DNA of 64,000 bases, from positions 1,193,036-1,257,035 of the forward strand of contig NC_057752.1 of assembly GCF_004010195.1 (NCBI RefSeq). The letters run 5' to 3'. This document shows, piece by piece, positions 37,346 to 51,832 of this stretch. The stretch is from Chiloscyllium plagiosum (Eukaryota). Positions within the stretch are counted from its first letter, which is position 1. The number at the start of each line of letters is the position of its first letter. The notes beneath the pieces are model-generated. The model worked only from the letters and a program-made list of their open reading frames with translations, did no database searches and was not told the origin of the DNA. Made by a program: the position numbers and the translations under genes.

Positions 37346-37609
37346 TTGTGAACTTGTTCACCCGAGTCCAACACTAGTACCTCCACGTCCCCTCTACCTT
37401 TTTGAAAAGTCTCGATAGCCTACTCCTGTGACAGACTTTTTGATTTGGCTTAGCATCCTTTTTAAGTGTGACTGGGTGGTGGGGTGCTTTTTTGTTTGTC
37501 TGGTGGGTTTTGGAGGGAGAGTTGAAAACTGGCCAGGGTGGAGTGGGAGGATAATAAACTATGACTGGGCCATTTGGCCTTTTTTTTTATTTTGAGCTAC
37601 ACCACCATT

Positions 37610-37890
37610 CAATATTCCTTGAAAACGTTGTTTTGGTTTCAACCACTTTCTGTGACCAAATTCCACAGGCTCCCCACTCTCTGGGTGAAGACGTTTTCTC
37701 CTCATCTCAGTCCAAAATGGCCTACCTGGTTTCCTCAGACTGTGTGACCCCTTGGTTCTGGACTCCCTGGTCATCAGGAACATGCATCCTGCATTTACCC
37801 TATCTAGTCCTGCAGAATTTTATAGATTCTGTGAAATCCACATCCTCACTTTTTTCTAAACTCTGTGAATATAGTCCTCACCGATTTTGA
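37610..37890 (-). mobile_element. CR1 LINE 3' fragment
   Basis: Similar to 45350-45780 and 49560-50130. Confidence 0.75.
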
Positions 37891-38869
37891 GTGTTTCATG
37901 AATCTATACGTTGTACAGAACACAGGAAGCTGAGTTCACCACGTGGTCAGCTTGGTAGGTACTGTTCTTGTCTCTCGCGCTCTCTATAAATCCAACTTGA
38001 CATGGCTTCTCTGAACAAGAAGATCAAGAAATATCTGTCTTGCTCATTGGGAATATATTTTTAGAATCCTTAACAATGTCATTCCTGTGCTGCGTTGCCA
38101 TTTGGTGTAGCTAGTCTGTTCTCAGCAAAGCCCTGCCTTGTATAACAACACTGACTGGAATTTCTAAATCACTCTTGGCTCTGACAACTTTGCATGTGCA
38201 TAGAACGCCGCCAAATTGATTTGTGATTTATTTGGGCGTGAATGAATCATTGGTATTGCATGAAGTGTCACACTCTGGGCAATAAATGTAACCTTCAATA
38301 TTTCCTATCTGGAGCTAACAATTACTCCTTTACTTTTTTTTGCGGTAGCCAGTGTCTACTGAGGGAAAAGCCCTTGTGTAAACTAATTTTCATGACTTGA
38401 GGTCGTCTTCATATTACGATGACCATGTCGGGAGTACGAGTCGTTTGCCAGAAGATCGTTGTTTCATAAATTTGGCTTTACGTTCCACCTCTGCACTTGA
38501 AGCATTAATTGTCAGGGAGGTGTTAAGGATGACAATTTAATCAATTAATTAATTCAAGTTTAGTAAAAATGGGTGCCACATGATGATTTACTAATTTTTT
38601 TAATGGTAAAGACAGGCCTGTCTTTCTTTCTGGACATGATCTGCTTCCTGTGGCATATTTGGAAAGGCATTGATCTAATCTGACATGAAGATTCTAAGTT
38701 AGATTCCTGCTCTTAGTTGAGACTTGGCACCAGTTGCCTTCCAGAGTGGGAGAAAAATTGGCTATGATTTTAAACATTGTACTGCAACATTCCCGTTTCC
38801 ACTAGCTGCTGCCACTTTAAGGGAGACTTAACTTGCTCAAAACTGATGCATTAGTGTTTCTTCCAACAA

Positions 38870-39490
38870 GGGTTACCTCCGATTACAACAGGATCTGGAC
38901 CAGATGGGCCAGTGGGCTGAGAAGTGGCAGATGGAGTTTAATTCAGATAAATGCGAGGTGCTGCATTTTGAGAAAGCAAATCTTAGCAGGACTTGTACAC
39001 TTAATGGTAAGGTCCTAGGGAGTGTTGCTGAACAAAGAGACCTTGGAGTGCAGGTTCACAGCTCCTTGAAAGTGGAGTCGCAGCTAGATAGCATACCAAA
39101 CGCCGCCTTCACTATCCTTTCTTTTATTGGCCAGAGTATTGGGTACAGGAGTTGGGACGTCATGTTGTGGCTGTACAGGACATTGGTCAGGCCACTGTTG
39201 GAATATTGTGTGCAATTCTGGTCTCCTTCCTATCGGAAAGATGTTGTGAAACTTGAAAGGGTTCAGAAAAGATTTACAAGGACACGCAGAGGGTGGTGCG
39301 TGTATGGAATGAGCTGCCAGAGGATGTGGTGGAGGCTGGTACAATTGCTACATTTAAGAGGCATTTGGATGGGTATATGAGTAGGAGGGGTTTGGAGGGA
39401 TGTGGGACTAGATTGGGTTGGGATATGTAGTTGGTGTGGACGGGTTGGACCGGAAGGTCTGTTTCCATGCTGTACATCTATGACTCTGAC
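38870..39490 (+). mobile_element. CR1 LINE 3' part with an internal deletion near 39283
   Basis: WAEKWQMEFNSDKCEVLHF..LVRPLLEYCVQFWSP..LERVQKRFTR. Confidence 0.92.
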
Positions 39491-40569
39491 TTCACAATGA
39501 GGAACAGGCTTGTGTTTATGCAGCACCTTTCCTGGACTCTGGATGTCTTGCAACTGCTAAAAGTGCTTTTTTTTTAAAGTCTTTTCACTAAGAAATGGCT
39601 GTCATTTTACACACGTGCGTACGCACTCCCACAAACAGGAATTTGATAGTGACTAAATGGCCAGTTATGGAGTAAATTTGATTGGAAGACTGAGGGGACT
39701 TTCTGCCATAATATCTTACCTGAAAGAAGACTGCTTCAACGCTGCTATTATCTCATGGTCCAATCAGTCATGTCAGAAGATACCTATTTTCTGGGGTAAG
39801 TGGGAGAAGGCTCTTGCCCTTATGAGACCAGAGTTGGGATTACTATTGCCCCAGAGAATCTGTGCTCTCAGGGAGGGGAACTGGGTCTGGAAATGCCTTT
39901 GCATTACCTTGCCTCCCACAGTTTAGTGGGATTATGTAATTGTGCTGTTTACTGTAAGTCACATGGGTGTGTCAGGACTACTGCAATTTGTGGCCTTGTC
40001 CATTACTCATCCCTTTTTTTTTCTTTCCCATTTTTTGCAGCGATGTTCTGGGAGGGGAGAGGGAACAACGTTTTTAACACCATTTCCTCTTTTTAAACTG
40101 ATTTATAATTCCCCACTAGCTAAAGCACTATAGATAAAAAGCGTGGAGTCTGCCTGATTTATGATTTTCTTTAAATCATTGCCAGCCGCCTCTTGATATT
40201 GAGGCTCTCCCTTGCCTCTGGATGACGTGACTGGCACGATAATGCCCACAATGGGACTGGTAAGCAGTTGACAATGCCACTTCCTGAATGATGCTGTAAC
40301 ATCAAGTGCCCAACAGCCAGTCGCAGAGCTGAATGATTTGTCTCTATGTAATAGATGTACTGCTCTTAGATTATCTGCACACTGCATGTGGGACCTTTAC
40401 AAGTTGACTGTTTTATTTTATAAACTTAATTGCTTATTGAAGTGCTTTGAAGTAATGGAAGGTGCTATATAGATGCAATAAAAACAAAGTGCTGGAGAAT
40501 TGTAGCATCTGTGGAGAGCTTGGCACTTCTAGTTGAATGTGCCTGTTCAGATCTGAAGAGAAATGTGTA

Positions 40570-40790
40570 AGTAGGCAAACAGGAGTCTGGAGGAACACAG
40601 CAAGATAGGCAGCATTGGCTGGTGGAGAAGTCAACGTTTCTGGTGTTAACCCTTCAGGACTAGATGTGGGGGTTGGGGAAGCTACAGATAAATCTGTAGG
40701 TGTCCCGAATATTCACTGCTCCGCCACTTGATGCGACCTGGCTTGCTGTATTTTTCCAGCTGCTTGTTTGTCTATGTTGGATTCCAGCAA
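40570..40790. mobile_element. Inverted pair of Penelope-like end fragments, degenerate
   Basis: taggcaaacagg..ctggaggaacacagcaag versus cttgctgtatttttccag..tgtttgtcta. Confidence 0.55.
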
Positions 40791-41374
40791 CTTCCCTTAG
40801 GTGTGTATGTGATGGATTTTGTACTGTAGAGCAAGGTGAGAGGGACAAGTGAGGTATGGGAAGAATTTTCAGGCAGAAAGATTTCTTTTTGGAAAGTAGG
40901 TCCAATTTTTTTCATGCGACAGGCATGTTGAAGACTTTAGCAGTGTGGGTCTGTTTCTGTGGTATGGAAACCACATGCAAAAATTGGTAGTGTGAGCTGG
41001 TGGGAACTGTTTTAGCAGAAGATTGGGGCAACTTTGTGGAAGTGTTTTTTTTTTCCCTGAACTACAGCCTCTGTTGAATCTTCAAATCATTTTGACCGTT
41101 TGAGGGACTGCACAGCCTTCTTGACAAATCTCCAGTGCCAAGGTTTTTGCGGCACAGTGGTAGCATCGCTACCTCCGAACCAGAAGACTGGGGTTTAAGT
41201 CCCACCTGTTCAGAGATGTGTAATAATATCTCTTAAATGGGTTGGTTAGAAAATACCTAAAGGCTCAAAGCAGACATTAAAACCTATCTTTGTGCAGTTT
41301 TTTGGTTTGGTTTGGTTTGGGTTGGGAGTTTTGTGCTTGCCTCTCTTTTTTAGCTGCTGTAGCACAAGTGAGAT

Positions 41375-41615
41375 ATAGAACATACAGTGCAGAACAGGCC
41401 CTTCGGCCCTTGATGTTGCGCCAACCTGTGAACTTCTCAGTTCGTTCCCCTACACTATCCCAAAATCATCTATGTGCTTATCCAAGGATTGTTTAAATCT
41501 TCCTAATATGGCTGAGTTGACTACATTAGCAGGTAATGCATTCCATGCCCTTACCACTCTGCATAAAGAACCTGCCTCTGACATCTGCCTTAAATCTATC
41601 ACCCCTCAACTTGTA
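41375..41615 (-). mobile_element. CR1 LINE 3' end
   Basis: Similar to 6457-6720. Confidence 0.75.
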
Positions 41616-43194
41616 GTTATTGCTTGTAGCCCAGGGCTGCTCTTCCTGAGTGCTTTCTTGCCAATGTCTGTTATCTTGTCATTAGTGAGCAATATTTGTG
41701 CCTCTGTGTATTAGTACACTGTATTGACTCTGCAGTTGTTAGGTTTGGGTGGGGCTGAGATTGGGAGTGTGAAGAATAGCCTCTGTTCATGTATCCTCTG
41801 TATGTTGTCTTTTGTAAGTGTGTTTGAGATCTGGGGGCTGAACCACCAAAACCTTTTTTTTTCTCTTTAAAAAATTCTGGGCAGGCTTTTTAAACCCATG
41901 ATAGCCTCATTTTTTTTTTGAGGAAGCAACCAGGCCTTTAAATTACTGTGTGGTTTATGTCTTAGGAGGAGGTGGGAATGTCCGATTGGCACGTCATGAG
42001 GAAAGGTTAAATGAATCATCAAACTAGTGGGAGGTTTCTGACACACTCACGCTGTCTAGTCACTGCTTCATGGCTTGTTGTCATGGGTGCTTTTGACCCT
42101 TGACCCCTCCTGGGTTTAATCCTCTAGTTCATTTCGGCGGGGGGGGGGGTGAATGTTTCTTATAACATATATCAAATGCAGCAGCAAAATTATCTCTTTT
42201 TTAATGCTTTAAGCCATGATTTAGGCTTTGCTTGGTTTATTTTGAAATTTTCCAAGTGGCATCCAGAGGCCAAAGTTTGGCCAGGGGCTGTTAGAAATGT
42301 CTACATCACCTCGTGCCAGAATCTACTGTCTCTGGTGGAGGCCAGCTTTGCTAACGCTGGCTCGTGTTAGACCCCCCCTCCCCCCTTTTTTTTTTAACAA
42401 AAAGCTCCATTGGGATTGCCAAATAGTGTTTGTTTACTCTGGCCTAGTGCTGTAGTACATTAGTCCGACTCTGCAGAACAGAAACCGGGCTGCCTGCGCA
42501 AAACAGCATCGAAACTCTGCGCAGAAAAGCAGCTAAGCATTAAATGTGCAATAGCAAACGCAGCAGCACTTGCTGGTTAGAGAAATCTTTTAATTGCTCC
42601 CATTCCAGAGGATGTTGAACAGTGGTCCAAGAGGTGCCTTTTCCCTGAATTATACAGCTGGGAGTGGAGAAGCTGCTGTTCCAAAAAAAAAACTTACAGC
42701 CGAGAAGGAAACAATTGAGTCCATCGTGTCTGTACTGGTTCTATTCCCTCATGTCAGTTTGGTACCAGTCGCTTTTCAGATTTGTACACACTTGCTTTGT
42801 GTGTTTGTGTCTGCTTATAAATCTGGTAAAAGCCAGTTCCCTCTCGAGTTGACCTCTGTTTAGGTAGCAGTGATGCTGCTGGTACTGTAAACACAAAATG
42901 TATTTTTGCCTTGCAAAACAGGAATTCTGTTCTCTTGACTGCCAGAATGAGGGTATATCACCTCTGATTTTCTCCAAACAGATATTGAAAGAATTCACTT
43001 TTTATTACTAAAATTCTACAATATCAAACCTTTTTTTGTTTTTAAATGGACATTCTTCCCCTTTAAAAGGAATGGGCTTCAGGAAACCAACCCCCATCCA
43101 AAGACCAATTAATGAAAATATTTTCGCTGTGCAGCTTTTTAGTTCAGTGGTGCTTTTCCCATCTCTGAGTGAGTGCAGGTTTCAAGGCCGTGGT

Positions 43195-44372
43195 TGAGGG
43201 CCCAGTGGTATTATCACTAGACTATTACTCCAGGGACCTGGGTTCGAATCCTAACACAGCAAATGGTAGAATTGGAATTCCATACAAATCTGGAATCCAG
43301 AGTCCAATGATGACCATGAAACTGTTGCAGAAACCCATCTGGTTCACTAATGCCCCTTTTTAGGGAATGGAGGTGCTATCCTCACCTGGTCTCAGTCCCC
43401 CTGGTCCTCACCTTCCACCCCACCAACCTCCATATACATCGCATCATTTCCCCAACCTACAAACTGACCCCACCACCCAGAGAGAGATTTCCGTCCCCAC
43501 CCCATCTGCTTTTCATTCCCTCTCCGACTCTTTTGTCAGATCGATTTCTGCCCCCTCACTCAACCCTCCTACCACAGGAATTGCTAAATCTGTGCCCACA
43601 CTGCCTCACCTCTGTCCAAGGCCCCAAAGGAGCTTTCCACATCTATCAGAGTTTTACCTGTTCTCCCACACGCATCATTTACTGTATCTATTGCTCCTGA
43701 TGCAGTCTCCTCTACATTGGGGAGACAGGATGCCTACTTGCAGAACGCTTCAGTGAAAATCTCTGGGACATCCGCACCAACTAACCCCCATGGCTGAACA
43801 CATCAACTCCCCCTCCCACTCTGCCAAGGATGTGCAGGCCCTGGGCTGCCTCCATCACCACACCTTAACCACCTGACACCTGGAAGAAGAATGCATCATC
43901 GTCTGCCTTGGGACCCTCCCAACCACACTGGATCAATGTGGATTTCACCAGTTTCCTCATCCAACTCAGCACTGCCCTCATGACCTGTCCTAACTGTCCA
44001 TTCTCCTTCCCACCTATTTGCTCCACCCTCTTCTCCAACCTATCACCATTACACCCACCTCCATCTACCCATCGCGCACTCAGCTGTCTTCCCAAGCCCC
44101 TTCCATTTATCTCACAGCCCCCGACCCACAAGCCTCATTCCTGATGAAGAGCTCTTGCCCGAAATGTTGTCCTACCTCTTTTTTCCCCCCCCCCCCGACC
44201 TGTTGTGCTTTTCCAGCACCAGACTCTCAACTGATTTCCAGCATCTGCAATCTGCACTTTCTCCTGGTCTCATCTACATGTTTGACTCCAGACCCACAGC
44301 AATGCAGTTTTTCTGTGGGCAACTGGGGATGGCAATAAATGCTGGTCTACTCGGCACTGACCATATCCTGTG
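43195..44372 (+). mobile_element. tRNA-headed SINE (family B) split by a Penelope-like insertion
   Basis: gggttcgaatcc B-box; SINE core resumes at ~44273. Confidence 0.7.
43395..44262 (+). mobile_element. Penelope-like element, 5'-truncated, with 10-bp flanking duplication
   Basis: SFTCSPTRIIYCIYC GIY-YIG remnant; hammerhead remnant 44137-44168; CCTGGTCTCA at 43385-43394 and 44263-44272. Confidence 0.88.
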
Positions 44373-45349
44373 ACCGAATGTGTTTTTATATAAAAACATC
44401 TCTCCCTGTAAGCAGAGTATGGCTCCAACTTTGCTACATTTGAAGCTGTTGCTCAGTCATATCCTTGGTTCTAGTAGGTGAAAACCACACGATGTAGGAG
44501 TCCAAAAGCCCCCTATTTCATTTGAGGGTTAATGATTGCAATCATGGAAGCAGGTCATGGCCTGCCAGGTTGTTGATTTTTAGTTTGTGAGTATGATGTA
44601 GATTTGTGGGGAGATTACCCACTTGTCAGCATTTTTAAATCATTCCTTCCTTGCCTTCTCTCCTGCCCTGTCACCACCCTCTTATCTTCAGCCAAGCCAA
44701 AAAGTCTAATTACCTAAGTACTAAGCACTCTGCCAAGCTGTTTTAACTCCATGTTACTGCAATTCTGCATTATTTTTTCCTTGCCTAGTTAACACCCTGT
44801 TGCTATGAAGCTGAAAGCAAAATCTTCAATATCTTCTACTACGATGAGGCTTCGGGTCAATCCACCTCTTAGCAACCTGCCCTGAAAACTCTGCTCCTAT
44901 TTGACAAGTTGCAACAAACCCCTCCCAGCAACTGAGGCAAGCCTCCATTTCTCAAAATAAAAATCCGACCAGATTCTTGAAGGACTTCCTTTCTCCCCCA
45001 TTCAACCCTAATATACCTGAGTACTTTTCATTTCTTACAAAGTTCAATCTGGATTTACATCAAACAAAAACTCATTGACGCTCCTTGGACCCTACCCTAT
45101 TGTCTACCAATTTTAATTGCAAATCATCCATTATTTTTTGAAATATTTGTGGGTAAAGCAAACCTGAAAGGAAGTGTTACACTCTCTCCTTTTTGTATGC
45201 AAATTTGCTACACGCAGCTCTGTGAATTTCAGTTTGGCTCCAGGCTCTCCTTTTTCCCAAATTTGAAAGCTCCTGATAGATCATGTAGCACTTTGTGCTA
45301 AATAGGAGGTCACGCTATCTACGATTTTGAACCACCACATCATAGAAAA

Positions 45350-45782
45350 TCTGAGCTGGAGTAGGCCCTTCCAGCCTGCTCCACCATTCAATCTGATTGC
45401 TGATCATCCAACTGCTCCTGCTTTCTTCCCATACCCTTTTGATGCCTTAGCCGTAAGAACGATATCTAACTCCTTCTTGAAGCCTTCAATGTTTTGGCTT
45501 CAGCCACTTCCTGTGACAGAATTCCACAGGCTCCCCACTCTCTGGATGAAGACATTTTTCCTCATCTCCATCCACAATGGCCTACCCCATATCCTTTAAA
45601 CTTATCATCCTGAACATCCTTTCTACGTTTACCCTGTCTAGTCCTGTTAAATTTTTATAGATTGGAGATCCCCAACCCCTTTTATTCTTCTAAACTCCAG
45701 TGAATATAGTCCTAACTGATCCAGTCTCTCTTCATACATCAGTCCTGGCATTCCCAAGAATCAGTCTGGCAAACCTTTGCAC
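45350..45782 (-). mobile_element. CR1 LINE 3' fragment
   Basis: Same family as 49560-50130. Confidence 0.8.
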
Positions 45783-45866
45783 TTAGTGTTATCCACAGGA
45801 TCTCCATGCTTACATGCTTGTGGATAGTAAGGATTTGGCGTACCTCCAATTGCCTTTAAAGGCTGA

Positions 45867-45908
45867 TCGAAAGAGGAAAACTGACCTCGAAAGAGGAAAA
45901 CTGACCTC
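45867..45908. repeat. Perfect 20-bp tandem duplication
   Basis: TCGAAAGAGGAAAACTGACC x2. Confidence 0.9.
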
Positions 45909-48900
45909 TATTGTGGTGCAAGTTGTATTGCCTCCCAGTGTGCCTAATGGGTAAACTCTATTCCTGCGCTGTCTGCTGTCCTGTCATACTGAAGTACTGT
46001 GGCAAGAAACTTGCGGAGGTGATTTTTTTTTTAATTTCTCTTCTCCTCTTTTCTCCAGTATTTTACTGGGAATCCACGTGGATCAAATCCTGACCCCCAC
46101 CCCACTCTCCCAAATACTGCAAACAAAATGTTTCCATTGCTGTGGCCTTCAATAATTCTTGGTGTATTAATTTAGTATTGAGGCAACTGCACTAAGGCGA
46201 GGCCCTTCTTTGTTTGCAAGCTCTCTGCATTATAATGGGATCAAGCAGCAAAACTGAAAGCTAAGTAGAATAGGGCTTTGTACATTATATTGGTGGTCTT
46301 GTAGGCCATACTTTAACCTGGTTTCATTGCGCTGTATCAGCTCTCCTTTCTGCACCACCTTGTTGTTTTTTTTTTTAAACACTTAATTTTTTTTAAAGCT
46401 CCTTTGGTCTAAACCTTCCTATCTCTGTACCCTCTCTGGTCCTCCAAATGTGCGGTTGTGGTCACTTACTCCTGATGTTTAGTTTCTCTGAACCATGAGA
46501 AGCTGAAACTATGGCTATGAAGTTGTGGAAGTTCCTCTAAAATTCTCCCTCTCCCCAGAGAAGCTCTGAACATTATTTTATCTCTTTTGGTCATTTTTTT
46601 TTTTCCCCCTCCCCACCTGGGTCAGTGTCAAATTCTGTTTAACTGGTCCTCCTGTGTAGTATATGTTTTGCAAAGCACCACTAATCCAGTGAAAGCAATG
46701 TACATGTAGCTGCAGTTTGAACCTCCTGAACATCTGCCAGGGGTTTGTACACGATTACTTGCATGTGCCTCCCAACTCCTGTTTTTATTGAACAAGATTG
46801 AAATGACTCCAGGATATTCTTTTGATTTCTAATAATTTAACTATTTTTAAAAATATAAACATTTTTGATTTTGCAGCTTAATCATCCTTCTCTTTCCCCT
46901 TCATGTACCTGCAGGCTGAACCTCGAGCTGTTGCGGATGCAGATGGATCAAGTTTTGTCTGTTCTGTGACACACCCTGCTTGGTTCTTTCTACCTGTGGT
47001 GGTGGGGGGGTGGGGGGGCTAGTGAAGACAGCACTCCAACAGAAGCTCCATGCGCAATGTCTTTCCCACCCAGTGCCGTGTTGCTGTTAGAAGCTTGACG
47101 CCTGCGGCTACTGGTTGAGAGTAGGCAAATCTGGCTCTGGGCACATCTCTAGGGCTGGTCTTTTTGATGGGCTGCTTCTCCCCTGTGCCGTGGAGGTTCC
47201 GGTTGCTTGTGTTTCCAACTCAGCTGATGAGGGCCCACTGTCCTCCTACAGTGGCTCCTGATCTCCTGATGACAGGCCTGCCTTTCTGAGCAGGCCTTTA
47301 GGAAGTGGATGGAGCCTATAAGCAAGGCTTGAACCTTCTGGGAGCCCGGTTTCCCACGTCTCTTCTATGTGGGAGCTTGCTGTTTGCAATTTGGCTGCTT
47401 GTGACGTCCTGTAGCTGTGCAAGGCGCTATATAAAATGCACATTTTGCCTTCTATGAGGTAAAGACCTCTCTGTTGTGAAAAACCAGCATGCAGCAAACT
47501 CCCAATGGGCTTCACACCACCAATCCTGCTGCTGGTCACCCGGATTGATAGGGAAATTTATGCTGTCAGGCCTCCTCCATTGAGGGAGGGAAAACTGCAA
47601 CTGGAGAAGGAAATTGCTGGGCTTTCCACTCCCAATCTGGACAGTGATGGCAAGAAAGCAGACTGGGAAATCTCAAGTGAAGAGCCAGCCTCAGACCTCC
47701 AGGGTTCCTGACAAAATGAGTCTTTGAGTGATTTGGAGCGAGGGAAAGCAGCTTCCCTGGAAACTGCTGACTCTATCCTGGTCACGTGGTTGAAAGACTC
47801 CTGAGCCTTCTCTCCTGCCTGCGGAATAGTCTGCACCAAATCTTTCAGGAGTTGCCTGATCGCTGCATTTCTGCAATCTCCCCACGATTTCCAGCTTGCA
47901 CAGCAAAGAGAATGGGGCCTGCAGTTACAGCTCCTGAACACTGCCATATTTTTGTTTTAAGCAACTTAACAGCAAGAAAGTGGCAGTGATGACAAATTAA
48001 TACTCTTGGGTGCTCAATCTTAGAGAGGAGCCCGGAAAAGGCAGTCTGTCTCTGTCTCTGTTTCTGGTGTGGCACTGGAGTTGGAAACCTGCTATGGGGA
48101 AAAGGCAGGAGAGTGGAGTTGAGGTTTATCAGATCAGCTGTGAACTCATTGAATGGCAGAGCAGCCTCGATGGGCTGAGTGGCCTACCTTTGCTCCTACA
48201 TCTTATATTGAGCAGATGACAAAATGGAGGCCTTTTAGGGGAAGAGAGGCTTGAGGTTAGAAGGTGGGAGGGTTGCCTGTTTAGCACTTCACGGCAACCT
48301 TCCCAGAGGACAGCAACACAACATGGCTGACGCAAGATTTCCAGCCACTCGGATGTGTGCGCTATCTACAGAAACTTGGAACCGTGTGGACGAAGAGAGG
48401 CCATCTTGAGGAAACTGCCAAGGTACGGGCTGCGCTATCGTACCATACGCTGGGTCGTTGGCCCATCTCTGCATGTAGCAAATTTTTTTTGTCTTGTCTT
48501 TGTTTGCTGGTGTGTGCCTGGTTAGCAGACACACTTGCTCTCTTTTCCAATGTGACTGAACATTACTTTTATCATGCAACCCCAAATTCCAGCAAGGCGC
48601 GCATTCAAACTGATAATTGAAAGCCCCAGCACCTGCCCACCTTTTTGAAAGGCTTCACACACAAGCCAAGTAACTCTGCCCAGCTGTGGTCAGTCGCTCC
48701 TACCAGCAAGATGTGTTCCTGTCCTCCAGCCAGTATTCAATCCCAGCTGAACTGTTTGCAATTCAATATGACAGAAAATCCATAAGCCCCGAATCAAACA
48801 AGCACTCGATCAGTCCTTGACCCTTTTTTTTTTTCGAGGATGCTATTATGAGTGCCTTGCATGGTAGTGGGGCTGGAGACCTCTCCCCCACCTCTGGGCT

Positions 48901-49559
48901 AGTACTGTCCTTATTTCATTTTTGCTTTCTTGTTGACTTCTGTGCTCACGGAAGCATGCATTTGAACACCAGTCTGTTGCAATGCAAACTTTATTTTAAG
49001 GAATGTCCTAATGAAATTACTGGGGATTTTTTTTTTGAGGTGTGACTTAATGCAGACTTTGCTAAAGGTGTGTCTTTCTTTTTCAATTGTAAGCTTTACT
49101 TTTTAACGTGTATTTCGGGAAGCAGCGTTCTAACGTGACTTCCTTTCTCTGTCATCGTAGGCCTGGAAGAACAGGCTATTCATGGCCAAGAACAGGACAG
49201 GCCCTTGTGTCCCCCTCAGCACCGTCTGTAAGCACCAGTTCAGCTACACATTGCCAGGAGGATCCAGATGGTGAGCTTGAGGAGGGAGCACTGGGTGAGT
49301 CTCACTGCATGGCTGCGAAGAAGGAAGAATGTGATGCCCCGTTGGTGCCATGATTGCCAATAATTTCCCTGCACCTTTTTTTTTTTTTTCTTTTTGTTTG
49401 TTGTAATTTTGGAGAAAACATTCCATTTATGTGAAATGGATCAGCTGTTGTTGTTTTGGGAAATGCTTGCTGGACTGTGGGAGCTTCAAATGCCCATCTG
49501 CTGAGGATTCGCAGCATTTCACTTGGCTTGTGTACCTGTATGTAGGTTGCCTGTAAAAT

Positions 49560-50130
49560 GTAGAAAATAGGAGCAGGCGTAGGCCATTTGGCCCTTCAAG
49601 CTCCCCCATTAAAGATGATCATGGCTGATCGTCCAATTCAGCACCCTTTTCCCACTTTCTCCCCAAACTCTTTGACCCTTTGGCCATAAGAACTATTATT
49701 GAACTCCTTCTTGAAAACATTCAATGTTTTTACCTCAATGGCTTTTTGTGACAGAGAATTCCACAGGCTCCCCAGTCTCTGGGTGAAGACATTTCTCCTC
49801 ATCCCAGTCCTAAATTGCCTTCTTTGTATCCTTAGACTGTGACCCCTGGTTCTGTACTCCCTGGTCACCATGAACATCCTTCCTGCATCTATGTCTAGTC
49901 ATGATGGAAATTTATAGGGTTCTGAGATGCCCCTTCATTCTTCTAAGCTCCAGTGAATATAGTCCTAACTGATCTGGTCTCTGTTAGTGTGTCAGTCCTG
50001 ACATCCCAGGAATCAGTCTGGCAAACCTTTGCTGCGCTCCCTCCATTGCTAGAACATCCTTCCACAGATAAGGAGACCAAAACTGCACACTATACTTAAG
50101 GTATGGTCTCGCCAAGGCCCTGTACAATTG
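49560..50130 (-). mobile_element. CR1 LINE 3' fragment
   Basis: RTRGHSLRI..FRTGMRRNVFTQRLGSLWNSL. Confidence 0.85.
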
Positions 50131-51832
50131 AGGAAAAGGATTTGTTTGTCACTGCTTTGCTTGAATTTATATCTACCACAAGGACTTTTATTTGTGGGGT
50201 TTGGGCATTGTTGGCAAAGCTAGAATTTATCATCTCTTGAAGATGATGGATGAGCTGCTGCCTTGAGCCACTGCAGTCCTAGCAGTGGCTGAGTTCCAGA
50301 ATTTTGACCCTGTGACATTGAAGGAGCAGTGGTTACAGTTGGACTGGTGGGTAATCTGGATGGTGTTGAGCTGCTTCTCTGGTGCCACTGGGGCTACACT
50401 CCGTTCATGCAAATGGCTGATATTTTATTGCAGTCCTAGCTTGCATCTTGCAGACGGTGAGAGGTGCATTACTTGATGCAGCAGTTCCCTCCCACTAACC
50501 TGCTCTTATTGCCAGGGTTTCTGAATCCAGCAGGACTTGATCCTGTCCTCTGGCGCTCTCACCTCACCTAGGGAAGTCTGTCCACATCCTGGTTGTTGTT
50601 AAATGCAGAATGGTGGGAAACAATGGGTGTTGGCAAGCAGTAAATGGCAAACAATCTTCCAGAGAAAGTTGAACAGATGGCTCCTTGTCACTTTAAGTCT
50701 GTGTTGCTAAAATGTGAGTCATTTGGGTTACACGCTGCCATTTATAAATTTTTCAAACAGCTACTCCTGACTTGAGGTTGAACCCAATGTGTTACTCTTA
50801 TTGGTCAATAGCCTGAGCCACACCTGAGGTGCATCAGAAAACTAACTGCACTTGGGGAAGGACCAGTTGGTTACTGTCTCTTGATTTTTTTTTCAGAAAA
50901 AAATCAAAAGTTTTACGTTGTGCAAGTAGAATGACTGTCTGTCTGAATCTCAGCTCTCTAGTAATCTTGTTTTACATACTACAAAATCTCTAGGATGGTG
51001 GGAGCAATCACCGATCGTTCCAGCCTACTCAAAACCGTAGGCTGCCCTAAAAATAATATAAGCTGCTTTTCAACAAATGTAACCTTTTTGTTTTGTTTTT
51101 AAAGTGTCCTGTGATGGTTTCTGATGTTATCTTTACTCATGGGAAATATATGGTATTTGCAGCTATTTTAATCAACCAGTCTGGACGTTATGATCTGACT
51201 CCAGGGTAGGTGGGACTTGAACCCAGATCTTCTGGCCCACAGGTAGTGTCACTACTACCACAGTGCCCTTTGTTTGCCTGGCAAGCAATAAAAGTCACTA
51301 ATGCAGGGTGCACAGTAAGCTCATAAACAGGAATGTGATCATCTTTGATGTTTGCAGATTAACTATTCGTCTCTGGGAGCTGCTGCCATTGTTCTTCAAA
51401 ATATTCTGGGCCCTTCTCTTGTTTTCTCTTGTTTAATCTATAATGGCAGGGTATTAGGTAGCTTACGTACTTTGTGCATATTTGTGTTCTTGTTCACTGC
51501 CAAATGAAGGTATGTAAACCAGGATGTAACTTGTTTTTGTTATTTAAGTGCCAGTTGAGTAACCGATTTGAGGATGTTAGACTCCTGACGTTTTTCACTG
51601 AAGCAGTTTGATTGCAATTCAGTGCTATGAGGTATGATCTGTTTTGTTGAATACTTCTGTGCAGTTGGATCAGAGTTGATGTATAAAATGGTGGCATAAC
51701 TTTCTCTTTCACCATAATTTGACCAGTCTCTCTCCTGTGTTTGCAACATTTTATAATATAAGGGCAATATGGCTGTCCAGAAGGCAAATTCTGCACACAG
51801 GCACACAACCGTTGTTTCAAATCCATGTCCTG

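Noticed and set aside
46915..46990. FVCSVTH immunoglobulin C1-type signature
   Set aside because: No first cysteine/tryptophan or remainder of an Ig domain in frame; likely chance
47421..47442. TATATAAAA TATA box
   Set aside because: Context aaggcgctatataaaatgca matches the SINE tail seen elsewhere (e.g. 13401-13420, 40460-40478)
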